Shown: positions 46,801-59,047, numbered from the stretch's first letter. The stretch: 64,000 bases of DNA from Muribaculaceae bacterium Isolate-036 (Harlan) (GCA_003833075.1 RIAY01000007.1:1-64000); one strand, 5' to 3'. The notes: a model not told the origin generated them from the letters alone. Translations and numbers: made by a program.

Positions 46801-49800
46801 TGTGCAGATAGCCGACGCCGAGATATCGCCTGTATTCACGCAGTTCTCTATCATACCATTGGAAGAGCCCGCTATGCCTCCGACGTTGGCATATCCGGAA
46901 CGTATGTTTCCCGCATTATAGCAGTCAGAGATCCTGCCTCCCTTATTCACCATTCCTGCGATGCCTCCTACCCAGCATGAATAGCCGGTCACGTCGGCAT
47001 AGTTACGGCAGTTTTCCACCGTTCCGTCAAGCGATGCCACAAAAGCGGCGCAGGTGCCGTACATTTCAAACTTGGATCCGGCTCCGATGTTAAGATTGCG
47101 CACTACCCCATTCTCGCCCAAACGTCCGAAAAGTCCGCCCATTGTGCGGCATTCCGAGGTGTTGAGCGTTCCGACTTCTGTCTCCGTCGGTGTCTTTGAC
47201 CACACAACCCTGTCAGGTATAAGTATGTTGTCGATCGTATAGCCTCTGCCGTCAAACACTCCCTGGAATTTTACCGATGCCGAACCCGCTGAAGCGTCTG
47301 CGGATATTCCGTCGAATGCCGGGTCATGACCGAGATCTATGTCGTTTGTCATGGCAAAGTATACACCGTCGAATGTCTGACGCTTTGCCGTAGTAGCCTC
47401 GGATAGCAGGATGAGATCGTTCTTCGTCTTTATGAGCAGCGGCGAATCAGCCGTGCCTTCCCCCTCGAATGGTATGGGGGCAATGTTCAGGAAATGATAT
47501 GTCTGCACATCTCCGTTGACCACATAAAGAGTATCCGTGCCAAATTCCGTTCCGATTTCAAGGGTCTTGTTTTCAACAATTCTTGAATAGTAACCTTCTG
47601 TATAGAGATTGCGCCCTTTTGAAATACGGAAAAGCGTGTTGCCAAGGGCAGTAAGCGGCGTGTTGTTTGAGATTTTACGGAAACTGTCGCCTGAAGCTGT
47701 CAACACGGCAGATGCGCTGAATTTTGCCGCCTCCGTCTCTGCCAGAGCCTTGATGCGCGGATATGCTCCTTCCGTGAAAGTCCAGACATCGGCAGGGAAA
47801 CCGGCGGGACCGCCCGCTGCAGTCAGTTCGGCAGTGGTGGAGCCGAAGCGCGTTGACTGGAAATCGGTTACTTTCCTGTCGTAATATATATTGGTCAGTT
47901 CAGGATTTGTTCCGTCCAATATCTTGCCTATCACTTCATTGCAATTATTACGGTCATACTGGTATGTCTCCACCTCTACGGAAGCCGACGTATAACAGTT
48001 TATAACCTTAGGAGTTATTTTTGACGATCCGAGCTGTATCTGACCTATTATACCTCCTCCCATCCTTGTGAAGCAGTGAACCACTCCGGAGGAGTAGCAG
48101 TTCTCGACAACTCCGCTTGACAGAATGCCGACAACTCCGCCGACTTGCGACTGTGAGCTGTAACCGCGCACAACGCCAGACGAGAATGAGTTGCGCAAGG
48201 CAACGTTCTGAAGCGTGCCCACGACACCTCCTATAATCTGTCCGTTATCGTTCTGCAGATTCGCATATGTAATAAGTCCGCTGAAATACAGGTTTGACGC
48301 GTCCGCATCAAGAATATTGCCCGCGACACCTCCGGCAGGGCTGTTATCTCCCATGATATGAACCGTTGTCCCTACGGCAGAACAATTGTTCATGCCGCCA
48401 TGAACCTCGCCAACGACACCACCCAGGAAACCGGTTCCGGCAACGGTGCCTCCGGTGACGCGGCATTCGGACATGCTGCCCGACACTATACCGGCAACGC
48501 CTCCCGTACCTGTGCGTGCTCCGCTGACAGACGGCTTATTCACTGTTATGTTCTCGAGCGAACCGATACACCATGCGGCAACCGGTCCCGCGCTGAGATA
48601 TTGACTGGAAACTACAGGTTGTTCGATCACTATATTCTTTATCACCGTCGTAGTGTCACAAATGCCGAACAGACCGGCATACGCATCTGCACCCGAATTT
48701 ACGTTAAGCCCACGGATAGTATGCCCCCTGCCATCCAATGAGCCTGCAAACCGCTGATTCCAGGTTTTGCCAATGGCATCGAATGCATAACCCTTCATGT
48801 CAATATCGGAGGTAAGGGCAAAGTGCTTGCCTATATATGTACGTGTATATTTCTGTGTTCCGTACACGCCCACATAGTTATCATCGCTGTTCACCTTGTC
48901 TGAAAGAAGAATGAGATGATCAAGAGATGAAATCAGGTAAGGGCTTTCAACGGTTCCGTCTCCCTCAAATCCGTCAACACTGAGTTCGGGATATTTCCAT
49001 GGAGTATCGGCAGAAAGCCTTGCCTCCGTCAGCACACCCGCATATGACTTAGCCTCCGCGCACAGCAGCGACCAGTCTGTCCAGGAGAGAGTGCTGTTGT
49101 CGGCTGCCGGAGCTGCCGCAGTTGCAATGATAGGCGAATATTTAGTAAGATTGCCCTTATCGTTAAATTCCAGACACTTGATCATCAACCACGAACCGGA
49201 TCCGTTTATAAATGCCGTCTGGTTGTTGATCTCTGCCGTGCGGTCTCGATTCAGTTTAATCTCGATATCCAGACCACGGTTGAAGATATTCGTAACCGCC
49301 AGCATGTTTGGCGATGTCTGGTTTATGATGACATAATATCCGGCTTGCCTGTTGTCTGAAGTTTTATATGTCATTGTGCCATTGGGCATTCCCATTGCCA
49401 GATTGAAGTATGCGCCTACGAATTTATCCTTGTTGGCACCCTCCTTCTGAACATATATTCCCCACCATGCCTCAGTGAAATCTATGGAACCGCCATCAGT
49501 CACCTTGCCGGTGATCTGCCTGTCGTAAGCGGGAGTTCCATCCGTCTGGGTCACTGCAATGTCAAGACGACCGAGCGATTCATCCGTCATCACATACTGG
49601 CTGGGGATCGAAACCGTCGACGTAACCTTGTCGTAATGGGCACGCACATTGCATCCATTCCAGAAGTTATTGATGGTAATCGAGTCACCGTCTGCATCGG
49701 GGGTCAGCTGCATTGTTGAGCCGCCATCGTAACTTGCGCTCACAAGTGTCTGATAAGTGCCCACATAATAACCACCGATATCGCCTGCCTGTCGCGATTC

Positions 49801-50061
49801 TGCCGCTTTCACAGGTCTGTTTCTGAGTATCGGCGACACTTTCCTTTCCGGCTTAATGATAGCTTTGGGCAATACCTTAAGCCTCAATCCCCCTTGAAGC
49901 GATTGGGGGTTGAAAGAGTTGTGACTTGCAGCCGTAGCGACCGATCCGGCTATCCGACCGTCAAGTTCGGCAGATGCCGACAGCGTCTCTGTCTGCGCCT
50001 GGGCAATCAGGCTTGCCGCAAGCATGCCCGACACCAGTAAAGAAGTTATTGTCCTTCCCAT
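43861..50061 (-). CDS. giant secreted GLUG-repeat protein (IgA-protease-like beta-helix repeats) with a T9SS C-terminal sorting domain. The start is trimmed to the ATG before the signal peptide.
   Basis: Signal peptide MGRTITSLLVSGMLAASLIAQAQ. Dozens of GG[IV]AG...N[CS]YN.G.V repeats. C-terminal ...RIYIVLEELSDGTTRVVKVVNDR. Confidence 0.6.
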   Translation of the reverse strand: MGRTITSLLVSGMLAASLIAQAQTETLSASAELDGRIAGSVATAASHNSFNPQSLQGGLRLKVLPKAIIKPERKVSPILRNRPVKAAESRQAGDIGGYYVGTYQTLVSASYDGGSTMQLTPDADGDSITINNFWNGCNVRAHYDKVTSTVSIPSQYVMTDESLGRLDIAVTQTDGTPAYDRQITGKVTDGGSIDFTEAWWGIYVQKEGANKDKFVGAYFNLAMGMPNGTMTYKTSDNRQAGYYVIINQTSPNMLAVTNIFNRGLDIEIKLNRDRTAEINNQTAFINGSGSWLMIKCLEFNDKGNLTKYSPIIATAAAPAADNSTLSWTDWSLLCAEAKSYAGVLTEARLSADTPWKYPELSVDGFEGDGTVESPYLISSLDHLILLSDKVNSDDNYVGVYGTQKYTRTYIGKHFALTSDIDMKGYAFDAIGKTWNQRFAGSLDGRGHTIRGLNVNSGADAYAGLFGICDTTTVIKNIVIEQPVVSSQYLSAGPVAAWCIGSLENITVNKPSVSGARTGTGGVAGIVSGSMSECRVTGGTVAGTGFLGGVVGEVHGGMNNCSAVGTTVHIMGDNSPAGGVAGNILDADASNLYFSGLITYANLQNDNGQIIGGVVGTLQNVALRNSFSSGVVRGYSSQSQVGGVVGILSSGVVENCYSSGVVHCFTRMGGGIIGQIQLGSSKITPKVINCYTSASVEVETYQYDRNNCNEVIGKILDGTNPELTNIYYDRKVTDFQSTRFGSTTAELTAAGGPAGFPADVWTFTEGAYPRIKALAETEAAKFSASAVLTASGDSFRKISNNTPLTALGNTLFRISKGRNLYTEGYYSRIVENKTLEIGTEFGTDTLYVVNGDVQTYHFLNIAPIPFEGEGTADSPLLIKTKNDLILLSEATTAKRQTFDGVYFAMTNDIDLGHDPAFDGISADASAGSASVKFQGVFDGRGYTIDNILIPDRVVWSKTPTETEVGTLNTSECRTMGGLFGRLGENGVVRNLNIGAGSKFEMYGTCAAFVASLDGTVENCRNYADVTGYSCWVGGIAGMVNKGGRISDCYNAGNIRSGYANVGGIAGSSNGMIENCVNTGDISASAICTNYIKQLQRVGGIAGGSNGSAIKNCVNYGTVYAQNNNAGGISGSMEGTSAAGSANDNIIGCLSLGNVYCGNKATVGAVLGLAGTKNVENVYFDAQTIGIKAGANADVVNMNGVETTALTSGEALEGLVSDVWDYRAGIYPALKTFADETKVDAARKVIAKAVSGEIFSELASNVELDGNAAWSLSDGSAFKIENGVLIVPQNVTEIVADTLIAVNAANVRRPIFIRVLPAMPLNGEGTADNPYLLNNTGDWNALATHMNKTGRDLIGQTVRITADLDFSGITPVRIGGDGVTVMSGTLDGANHTIKVVDLSSIANSASGMFGTVGADATIKNLKIEGTLNATHTYACPVVDKLYGTLENVVSNVSVTTNKANVSGVVGNAYAGAVLNGVVFGGSIKSNMASIGGLVATGAAGVTYKDCEFKGKIEQTASYSKATAVTIGGFVSSSGAAIFENCKSNGEIIVATPEWAHTVAGFIGNALGTKGNGVYSFVSCTNSTPVSAAGKVAGYIAGTPATSSASANAQYIMTDCLNNGDISAESTKSLGTGYPTAGFVTSYTPGSSFTRCTNTGTIISNFNVYAGGIAGQVIGTPGSASTPDEASFIDCVNEGTIIADGNQGGGITGSASGKVIFRNCRNVGDIEGNRMVAGITSQFAGNGPQMINCYNTGNITGKTDRAGGLIAWGSPIDGLVEGCWNTGSVSSLSNVQSTVTKDEPSFEIGGLAAHSGATFRNCYNAGSVKGLARVAGLVATPEKGKTQFVNCYNSGKIEAPADSCGSIVGVSFTNGKQWTADNKMENTFYLDINNSVNDEAFEARKITAKELAALDLGEGFVSTDDYTYPVVKDAVGNEVALFHAAGLILADGDTQSSVTKDFNVGGVGTVKWSSDCKDLVFDGNKACFAATVIGKILVTATAGDLSKTYELAVNHTSGIGSIENDGENVVSRRFFNTEGIEVPVPETADGRIYIVLEELSDGTTRVVKVVNDR

Positions 50062-50215
50062 AATTGCTGCTGACTGAGGAACTTTGATTACTATAAACAC
50101 CCGTGAAAGACTACATCCGTGTCCTCAGTTTACCGGACTGTAGTGCTTGTCAGGGGATATTGACCGATCCGTAAACCAGTCATTAAAAACTTTTAGACGT
50201 TGTTTATCCGGATTC

Positions 50216-52417
50216 TTAATCCACAACATGGACTTTTGTGGCTCTCCCGCCACTCACTTTTATATATATTCCCGGCACATTGGGAGCGCTGACTTGGTAA
50301 CCGGAGATACTGTACCATTTCACTTCTCCACACTCCTGATCAGTTTCTTCATACAAGACACTGACTCCTGATTCCTTATCCTGCATAAGAGTGATTTCCA
50401 TTAGTTCCACCGCACATCGTGCCGATGCGCTTCCGGTGAACTGCGCCAGTCTGAACGCCGGTTTCTCAAGTGATCCGGTGTTGTAATGTAGAGTTATTGT
50501 CTCACCTCCTCGCACGGATGGGTTTGCCGAACCTTCGACTGTATTCACCGGGACCCATGTCAATCCATTGTCTATTGAAGAGTAAAGACGGAAAATGGCA
50601 TTAGAGGCAGTGGCATTGTTTACCCGTATTGACACGTTCTCCACCTTGGCATCAATGGCTGAGCACTCCGCTTCAGAGCCTTTTATGGTTGTAAGCACTG
50701 TGTTTTCAGAATCTTCCATAGCTTCTATCCTTGCACCCTTTGAAAAATTCCAAGAGGCAAATTTACCCGATATCCCCTTGGCATCTCCGGTTGTAGGAGA
50801 CATGTTGGCAAAATCTTCCACCAATGTATCCACATCGTCTTCCATAACGCTGAAAGTAACGGTTCCGTCAGATTTAAGCTCAATATCATTGATGATAAAG
50901 GGAGTGGACTGCATAGTCCACGAACGCAGCGAGGGGGTAGTGGCATTGTCAAGCCTCGTCACGTTGCCGCTGCCGGGAAAGGGGTCTCCGTCACTATCGG
51001 TCAGAGTCGCACCCGACACTTGGGGCGAGGCGCGAAGCAATGTGTAGTAGGTACGCCCGGATGTCGCATTGACCCGATTGTTTTCCCATACCGCCGGATT
51101 AGTCAAATCTACCCTGTGGACCAGCAGCCCCTCGCCGGGAAGATATTCATCCCAACGTGTTTTCGTGCGGCTTTCAAGCAGGAAAAATTCATTTTCCACA
51201 GCTGAATTTATCCGGCATCCGTCCGGTGTGTCACCTTCATTAAGAGGAATTATGCCATATTCCCCGCTCCGGGTTATAAGCCTGGGAGTTGCAAAACCAA
51301 GTGCATAACGTTCGAAAAGGGAATATCCGCAAGGGGTGCGACTTTTGTTCAGATATGATCCGCTTGCCATCACTGACCATTTTGACGGATGTTCTGCCTG
51401 CCCTCCTGTTTCATAATCCACATCATATAAATCGGGCAAACCGAGCACGTGACTGAACTCATGACATATTGTCCCGATGCCGTCAAGCAATTTATTTGCC
51501 GGTGCCCCATAAAGTTCGGTAGAACAAGCATAACGGCCAAAAGAAACCCCGTCAAGACTAAGGTTCATCACCATTGAGGCATGTGGCCATATGAGAGTCT
51601 CGTCGTTTCCCGCGAAATTCGACCCGGCGCCTGAGAAAATAAAATAAACCATATCCACCTCGCGATTTCCATCAGTATCATATACGGAATAATTCACTTC
51701 TGAATCAGCAGCGCGCAACGCGGCACTGACAAGAGTCTGCGCACCTGCCGTCTGTCTTGCATAATGTCGCGAATAATCTATTTTCACGGGACCAACCACA
51801 TCAAACCTGGGATCAAACACTCCTCCTGAGTTTTCATAATAATAATCACGCACTGAACCTGTGTATTCCACCTTTGTCGGTATCATGTGATCGGTCATAT
51901 AACCATCGTAACCCTCCATGTTTATCATCTCGTCGAAAACCATTTGTATATCATTCCTTGAGAACGGAGTGTCGTTATATTCCACAAGAATTACAAGCCC
52001 ACGGAAGCTATCGTAATCGTATTGTCCTGTTTCAAGTGAGTATCTTCGCCGTTCAGGCATTTTTTGTTTCCGGTTTTGCCGGAACACCGGTCTCACGCCC
52101 TTTGACCGTGTCGGTGCTTTCTTGCCGTCAGCGGCACCGATGCCGGTGGAAACAAGCATGCCGCCGGCGGATAGTTCCGCATATTCCCAAATTCCGGTTA
52201 TATCGTTTAGCACTACAGCATAGCCATCCGCAGTCATAGTATAGTTATAGGATTCATCACCGAAGAGGCGCAACGTCACTTCGGTTCCATCAGGCTGTGT
52301 AAACGTGCTGGGATCGGGATTGGCAACTACTGCGTTCGCCCTGATACCGGCAAAAGCAACCATTCCACCGGCAAGCATTATCCCGATGCTTTTTTTAAAT
52401 GAGTTTTTTATAGCCAT
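50216..52417 (-). CDS. secreted M6-like (InhA-type) zinc metalloprotease with a putative T9SS C-terminal domain
   Basis: HEFSHVLGLPDLYD motif. N-terminal signal peptide. C-terminal ...GIYIKVSGGRATKVHVVD. Confidence 0.6.
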   Translation of the reverse strand: MAIKNSFKKSIGIMLAGGMVAFAGIRANAVVANPDPSTFTQPDGTEVTLRLFGDESYNYTMTADGYAVVLNDITGIWEYAELSAGGMLVSTGIGAADGKKAPTRSKGVRPVFRQNRKQKMPERRRYSLETGQYDYDSFRGLVILVEYNDTPFSRNDIQMVFDEMINMEGYDGYMTDHMIPTKVEYTGSVRDYYYENSGGVFDPRFDVVGPVKIDYSRHYARQTAGAQTLVSAALRAADSEVNYSVYDTDGNREVDMVYFIFSGAGSNFAGNDETLIWPHASMVMNLSLDGVSFGRYACSTELYGAPANKLLDGIGTICHEFSHVLGLPDLYDVDYETGGQAEHPSKWSVMASGSYLNKSRTPCGYSLFERYALGFATPRLITRSGEYGIIPLNEGDTPDGCRINSAVENEFFLLESRTKTRWDEYLPGEGLLVHRVDLTNPAVWENNRVNATSGRTYYTLLRASPQVSGATLTDSDGDPFPGSGNVTRLDNATTPSLRSWTMQSTPFIINDIELKSDGTVTFSVMEDDVDTLVEDFANMSPTTGDAKGISGKFASWNFSKGARIEAMEDSENTVLTTIKGSEAECSAIDAKVENVSIRVNNATASNAIFRLYSSIDNGLTWVPVNTVEGSANPSVRGGETITLHYNTGSLEKPAFRLAQFTGSASARCAVELMEITLMQDKESGVSVLYEETDQECGEVKWYSISGYQVSAPNVPGIYIKVSGGRATKVHVVD

Positions 52418-52487
52418 GTCATTATTCGGTATAAAATAAGTAGGGTGTTCAGCCATATATTCTTACAAAACTGTAACCTAAACTATT

Positions 52488-52524
52488 AAAGGCTTCGATC
52501 GGGATTCCGACCGAAACCTTTAGT
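52488..52524 (-). terminator. hairpin terminator downstream of the 2084-aa gene. A near-identical copy lies downstream of the paralog.
   Basis: AAAGGCTTCGATCGG...CCGACCGAAACCTTT. Confidence 0.4.
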
Positions 52525-52555
52525 TTTGATTCTAATTGAGGTTGGTCGGGAAGAA

Positions 52556-55500
52556 TCAGTTTTTAGCGATCTTCTTCTCTACCTTCATTGTGCCGTCGGT
52601 GAAGACGGTGCGCATGATATATACTTGACCGGGTTCGGGGGTGACAACCTGACGACCCTGAAGGTCAATAAGCACAACTTCCTTAACTTCCTTGCCTGCG
52701 AAAGATTCCTCTACAGCCGATTGTTCCTTGTAATCTACCAAAACTTCGAAGTTTTTCTTGAAACCTTTGTAAAGGCATGTGAGCATCACTTTGCCGGAAG
52801 CTGTCGGGACAGCGCGTCCTCCGTCAATCTTCAGAATCTTGGAAGCGGACTCGGTTGATGCAGGTTCGACATCAGTATCTTCGTCATCCACGAAATCGGT
52901 TGCAATCCATTCACAACCATCAGGTCCTACGAGTGTGATTTCTCCTGAAACCTTGCCGTAAGTATCGTTCTCGGCAAGTAGAAGAAGAGCCGAGCCGGCA
53001 TTTGCCGCATCATTGTCGGCAAAGCTTGCCAATACGGGATAGCCACCCCAGGCAGGATTAGCGAAGCCTTCGCCTATCATAAGCTCCTTAAGCTCTTTAG
53101 TGGTCTTCTTTGAACCCGGAACTGTACGGAACTCGCGACCGGGGTTAATCTCAACATCATAGAAACAGTTTTCATGACCCTCCAGCATCAGACGTTCAAC
53201 GCCATCACAAAGTTTAGTATATGAGCCAGAATAGGTTGTCCCACTCCACAAATAACGCTCGCTATTATCTGAGATTATGTTAGTCTTAAGACATGTGACT
53301 TTACCGGAGTTATAACAATTACGCACTACCGAATATGGATAGAAAACGCCTCCGAAAAGACCTCCCACTCGCCTTTCGGCAGTTACATTTCCGGTGTTAT
53401 AACAATTTTCTACTCTATGAGGTGCATCTTCGTTACAAGTAGAGAGATACCCTCCGAGACCTCCTGCATTACCCTGCGTAGCCGTGCCTGTATAATTGGA
53501 AACAACATCTCCGATATTGAAGCAATCTCTCATGACTGCCGGATACGTAACATCACCTGATGCAAAATATCCGACAAGACCTCCTACTGCATAATTGGTG
53601 GCTGTCACATCTCCTGCATTGAAACAGCGCTCCATGACACCATTCATTTTACCTACCAGACCGCCTGCTGTCAACGCACCGTTTGCAGGATTGGATCCGA
53701 TTGAATAAACATCACCCGTATTATAACAATCGCTCATATATCCGAACTTGGCTAAGTCACCTATAAAACCGGATATTCCTGCTCCGTTTCCTCTGACTTC
53801 ACCGGAATTGAAGCACCTTTCTATTGTAACCAATGATTCTTTGGTCTTTCCGGCACTGGTTTTAGAAGAGAAACCATATGCGTATGCAGTCGAGGACCCG
53901 TTTGATGCAGTCACATCACCTCTGTTGGAACAATCAGAAATTTTCCAACCTGCATTTATTACTCCTATAGCTCCCATTATATTGTTGGAACCTTTAAGAT
54001 TGCCGTAATTGTGACAATTCTTAATAAAGCCGGTCGTTCCATCTTCGTCAATATCGGATATTGATGACAAAGTATATACAATTCCATAAACGTCACTTCC
54101 CGGTTTGGCAAGCTGGGAAAGGTCTATATCGGATTTATTCTCACAATCCTCCATATAACCTGTAGCTTCAACTTTATAAGCCACACCGGCAATTGTACTT
54201 TTAGCCATCAGGGAACCTTCATTCACGCAACCCTTCATGCCTCCTGCGACATTGGCGACAATACCCATCGCCGAAGTTGTGGTAGAAGTCACGGAACCCT
54301 TGTTGACGCAATTCTCAAGCAGCGATCCTGCCTTGGTCTCGTAAACGATACCCGTTGCATAAGTTATCTTGGATACTACGGCTCCTTCGTTCACACAGTT
54401 CCTGATTATTGAATTCTCATATGAACGGCAAGCGATTCCCGATGCGTAACCGCTTGTAAGTGTCTCAACAGATCCCAGGTTGGTCACATTCTCGATCAGA
54501 CCGTAATTATAACCCACGACTGAACCAATATAACTGTGAGCCTTAAGCACTCCGTCAAGTGTCAGATTCTTTATCGAACCTGTGCTTCCGAGAGTTCCGA
54601 TAAGTCCGAGGTACTTGCCTACGTACAAATTCGGTCCCTGAAGTTTTGTTTTGGTAGAATTATTGTTTGAATAGACATAATTCTTTATCGTGTGTTTCGC
54701 GCCGTCAAGCTCTGCCTGGAAATTGACCCCATTCACTGCAAGCAGTTTGATTGAGTCGCCCTGGAAATCAATATCATTCTCAATTCTGAAGAAATTACCG
54801 CTATATTCCCATTGGGAGGACTCCATAAAGTCGGCAAGTTTGTTCCAGTCTGCCGGAGTCTCAATCAGATAGGGAGATTCCTTCGTGCCTTCTCCCTTGA
54901 GAATAACAGGCACTGCGTTCAGATCGAAAGACTTGGCATAATTTCCACATGTCGCCGTTATCCTGTCTGAGACAAGCGTCATGCCTTCCGGCTTGATGAT
55001 TGTCAACAGGTCACCTTCTATCTTGAAACTTTCGTTTTTCTCAAGTTTGAACTCAATGCCTTCTGCCTTTGAAAGGGGAACTTCGGCAAGCACGTTTGTC
55101 CTCATCTGCTTCGGAGCAAACGCCACATAAATCGAACGCATCGCCCGGGATGCATTCTCGTTTGCAAACGCCTTCAGCACAGGATATGCATTGGGTGTGA
55201 AATCAAATTCTTCTGCGGGTAGACCAGCAAGTGCATTTCCTGCAACAAGCTCGCTTGAAGAAAGTCCTGTGGCTCCCTCGACTCCATTGTTGTTTGCGCC
55301 CCCGTTAACATTGACAGATGCGTCATAATAGTTTCCTGTGAGAGTTATGGAACCTGATGCAGAACCAAGAACACCTCCGCGTGACAGAGTTGATTCAAGC
55401 ACGTTGACAACTCCGTTGTTTATACACTGCGCGATATCTCCTTCTCCATTATAATTGCTTGCAGCTCCTGCGATACCACCGACTTTGTCAAAGCCTTGAA

Positions 55501-58500
55501 CACCGCCGTTATTCACGCTGCACTCTATCTTGCCGTAATTTGTACCAACAACACCGCCTACGCAGTTGGTCTTGGTTTTCTCCGTCACTTTATCAAACGA
55601 CTTGTTGAATACATCGCCATCGTTCTGACACTTGGAAACACACGCCGTAGCGGCATTATAGCCGACTATACCGCCGCCATTCGCTGTGCCGAAGTTTACA
55701 GCTCCTCCATTGTAACATTTGTTTACCTTTCCGCCGGTATGGTTGTAACCAACGATACCGCCGACATATGAAGTCATGGCATTGACAGCAGTGTAATTAC
55801 GACAGTTTTCAACAAGACCCTGATTGACACCGGCAACAGAGCCGCCGTAAGCGTAATGCATCAGATTGCAATCTTCGGCGATATTGAGATTGCGCACAAC
55901 CCCCTTCTCTCCAATATAAGCGAAGAACCCTGTATAATATCTTGATGCAGTATTCGATACAGCATTCTTGTCATCACGCACGACCGCATCAATCTTCAAT
56001 CCATGCACTGTATGACCAAGTCCGTCGAAGATTCCGCAGAACTGGTTTATAGTGGCATTCGCACCTGTAGCGCCATAACCAACACCACTGAAATCTTCCG
56101 CAGAGGAGAAGTCTATGTCATTAGCCATAACGAAGTAGTCGCCATCGTGACTCTGCTTATAGACGCTGACAGCCTCATGAAGTTTCCTGAAGTCATCAAC
56201 CGTCTTCATCATATATGGGTCTCCAGCGGTGCCTTCACCTTCGAATACCTTCGGCACAACCGCCAGACGATACAGCTTGATACCCCAGTTGTCGGCAGTA
56301 GATGCGGTAATTACAGAGTTTGAATATTGATCTTTTACAATCACCTTATTGCCCTGGACACGCAGTGCCTTAGTTTCCGTAGCCGTCTCACCGGCTTCCT
56401 CATCAAAATTCAATGCCCATGTTACATTGGAAGACTGGGTAAGCCCCACTTCCTCCCTGACCTTCGCGCTGTTATCAACTTCGCGCATCAATAACGGAAG
56501 AGAGGAAATCTCCTGAGTCTGCGTGCCAGTTCCCGTTGCAAGTACGGGATACTTGCCGGATTCTGATTTCCATACCTTGGAATCAAATCCGGAAGGCAAA
56601 GCACTTATAAATTCTCGAGTAGATTTGCCATAATCAGGATGATCGAATCCCATAACCTGATTGTCGAAATAACAGTTTTCTATGCATCTCTCCAATGGTC
56701 CGGGACCAACATATGAAGAACTTAAATGGAAATTTCCAACAATTCCCTTATTGGGAGATGCAGAAGTGGATATTATCTGACCGGAGTTATAGCAATTCCT
56801 GATATTGCTGATATTGATCATCTCTATCGGTTTACCGGATGTAAACGAATAACTGACACCGAGATAACCTATAATACCGCCTACATTCTCGCTCTGATCC
56901 GACTTCATGATCGTGCCTGAATTGTAGCAGTCAGTCAGCTCCGAACTATTGGTATACCCTACGAGTCCTCCGGTATTTGTATCATCGTCTCCGCCATTTG
57001 GACTGCCAAAAGAAGCCCTCTTTGCAGAAATCGCCGCCGTATTAAACGATTCTGAGATCCTGGTTGAAAAAGAATAACCGACAAGTCCGCCAAGACATGC
57101 ATATCCTATTTCATCGGATATAACACCTGCTACCTGACATTTCGAAATCTCACTGGAGAAAGCTTTTCCGACAATTCCACCACCCACTACACTCGACATC
57201 ACAGCCGATGCTCCGTCAATCGTTATGTTTGTCCTTACATCGCATGTAGATATGGTTGCGCTATGGGTATATCCTGAAATTCCGCCTCCACTTCCTTTCG
57301 ACATTACATTACCGGTGAAAGAACATCCGGCAATCGAACCGCCAAGAGCTTGTCCGACAACACCTCCTCCGATCTCTCCGTCGCAATCCACAACGCTCGA
57401 TGTAATTGTGATATTACTTATGTCGGCATAACTTGTGCCGGCAAGGATTCCCACATAGTTTCCTGTAGCCGTTACACCCGCTTTGTCAAACATAATGTTA
57501 TCAACAACAGATCCTTCTCCGAGCACACCGAAAAGTCCTGTGTCACAGAAACCTTTTCCGTCTGCTAAGAAATTGGATATTTTGTGTCCGTTGCCATGCA
57601 ACTTACCGCAGAAAGGTGTAGCCACCGAACCGACCGGAACATATGAAGTAGGAGACACACCCGAGAAATCCAGATCACCACCTAATGCAAAATGAACACC
57701 TTCGAAAGAGTTGCCTCCCTCTGAAGCCTGCGAAATTGCCTGAATATGGGAAACAGACTCTATCAGATAGGGGGAAGCTTCCGTTCCCTCTCCTTTGAGA
57801 TCAAGGGCGACAGGTGCCGGATAAGTTATCTGAGCCTCCGTGGTGACAGAAACGTCGTTATACATATAACCTATCGCTCCGCCCGGATTAGCACGTGCGG
57901 ATATAACCCAACCACCGATCTTCAACTCGCCGTCACCGGTATCCTTAAGCACCATGTGGTTTTTCCAGTCTACGGAAACTTTCCATTTTTGCGTGTTCAC
58001 ATCCTGCTCGAATGATGCCGGATAGTTCATAAATTCTCCATACATCATATGAGTATACATCTGCTGTGGAGAGATAAGAATACGCTTGTCGACTGTCAGT
58101 CTCGCTGTGAGAATATCGTTGGAATTGATGTTGCCGAAGCCATAGAGAACCACCTCGTTTGATGCAGTCTGTTCAATATACATCTCATACATCATGAGCT
58201 TGTTCTGGGAAATATTGAAGCAGGCTACCTCTGTGTTGGGAACAACCCATTCGCTGCCTGAGAATACATTGAAAAGACGTCCCCAGTTGGGAGACTTCTG
58301 CAATTCGCCGTCTACTTCCTGCATCTGCGTGACCATGACACCCCATGTGCCGAGCACAATCGTGCCGTCGCTCTGCAATGTGCCCTTGAGGTCTCCTTCC
58401 ACAGTATAGAATTTACCCTCCTTGATAAGCATGGGCACCATACTTACCTCTCCGTATGAAGCATGTTGGTAGATTTTCTGTTGTGGAATAAGCACCTCTC

Positions 58501-59047
58501 CGGTCTGAAGATTGATCTTCATGTCAATCACCGCATCAAGTCCGTAAACATTACCAAGGGCATAAACCCCTTCTGTTTCCGTTGATTCAACTGTGATCCT
58601 GGAACTATACATCACGGATTTGTAATTGAGATCCTTCGTCATCATTGTGCCGGTGACAAGCTTAGGGACGGATGCCCCATCTGCCTTACGGATCTTCTTC
58701 GGAGCGACGGAGACAACTCCCTTCCCTCCTTCTACTGCCACTCCTATCACGGAATCCTCCGAAAGGATCACATCCGCAGAGGGGCGGGCATCGACCACTT
58801 CCGCAGGCACAAACTCATCGCCCGCCTGAAGAACAGATGAAACAGGGTTGTCAGATCCCTATCCGGGATATTCCACTCCAGAAGAAACGATCTCTTGTGG
58901 CTGCATCTGCGTTCCGGCAGGCAGCTCGTTTTTCACAATGGCTTTTGCCCGCTCCTCAATCTCCGCCTTGTTGAGACGGGGAAGAACCGCGGAACCTGCC
59001 AGTGCGAAAAACACAACCAGCGTTGCTGACAGTAGTTTTCTTACCAT
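52556..59047 (-). pseudogene. giant GLUG-repeat T9SS cargo protein whose signal-peptide exon-like N-terminus (59047..58862) is separated from the 2084-aa body (58810..52556) by an in-frame TAG at 58859-58861
   Basis: The same reading frame runs throughout. MVRKLLSATLVVFFALAGSA signal peptide, then ...GVEYPG*, then GSDNPVSSVLQAGDEF(V/M)PAEVV... The body has a T9SS CTD (...VYIMRTVFTDGTMKVEKKIAKN). Confidence 0.5.

Noticed and set aside
44857-58015. dozens of 60-160 aa ORFs on the + strand inside the giant GLUG genes
   Set aside because: Repetitive Gly/Ala/Val codon usage on the coding strand generates long antisense ORFs. None has independent support.
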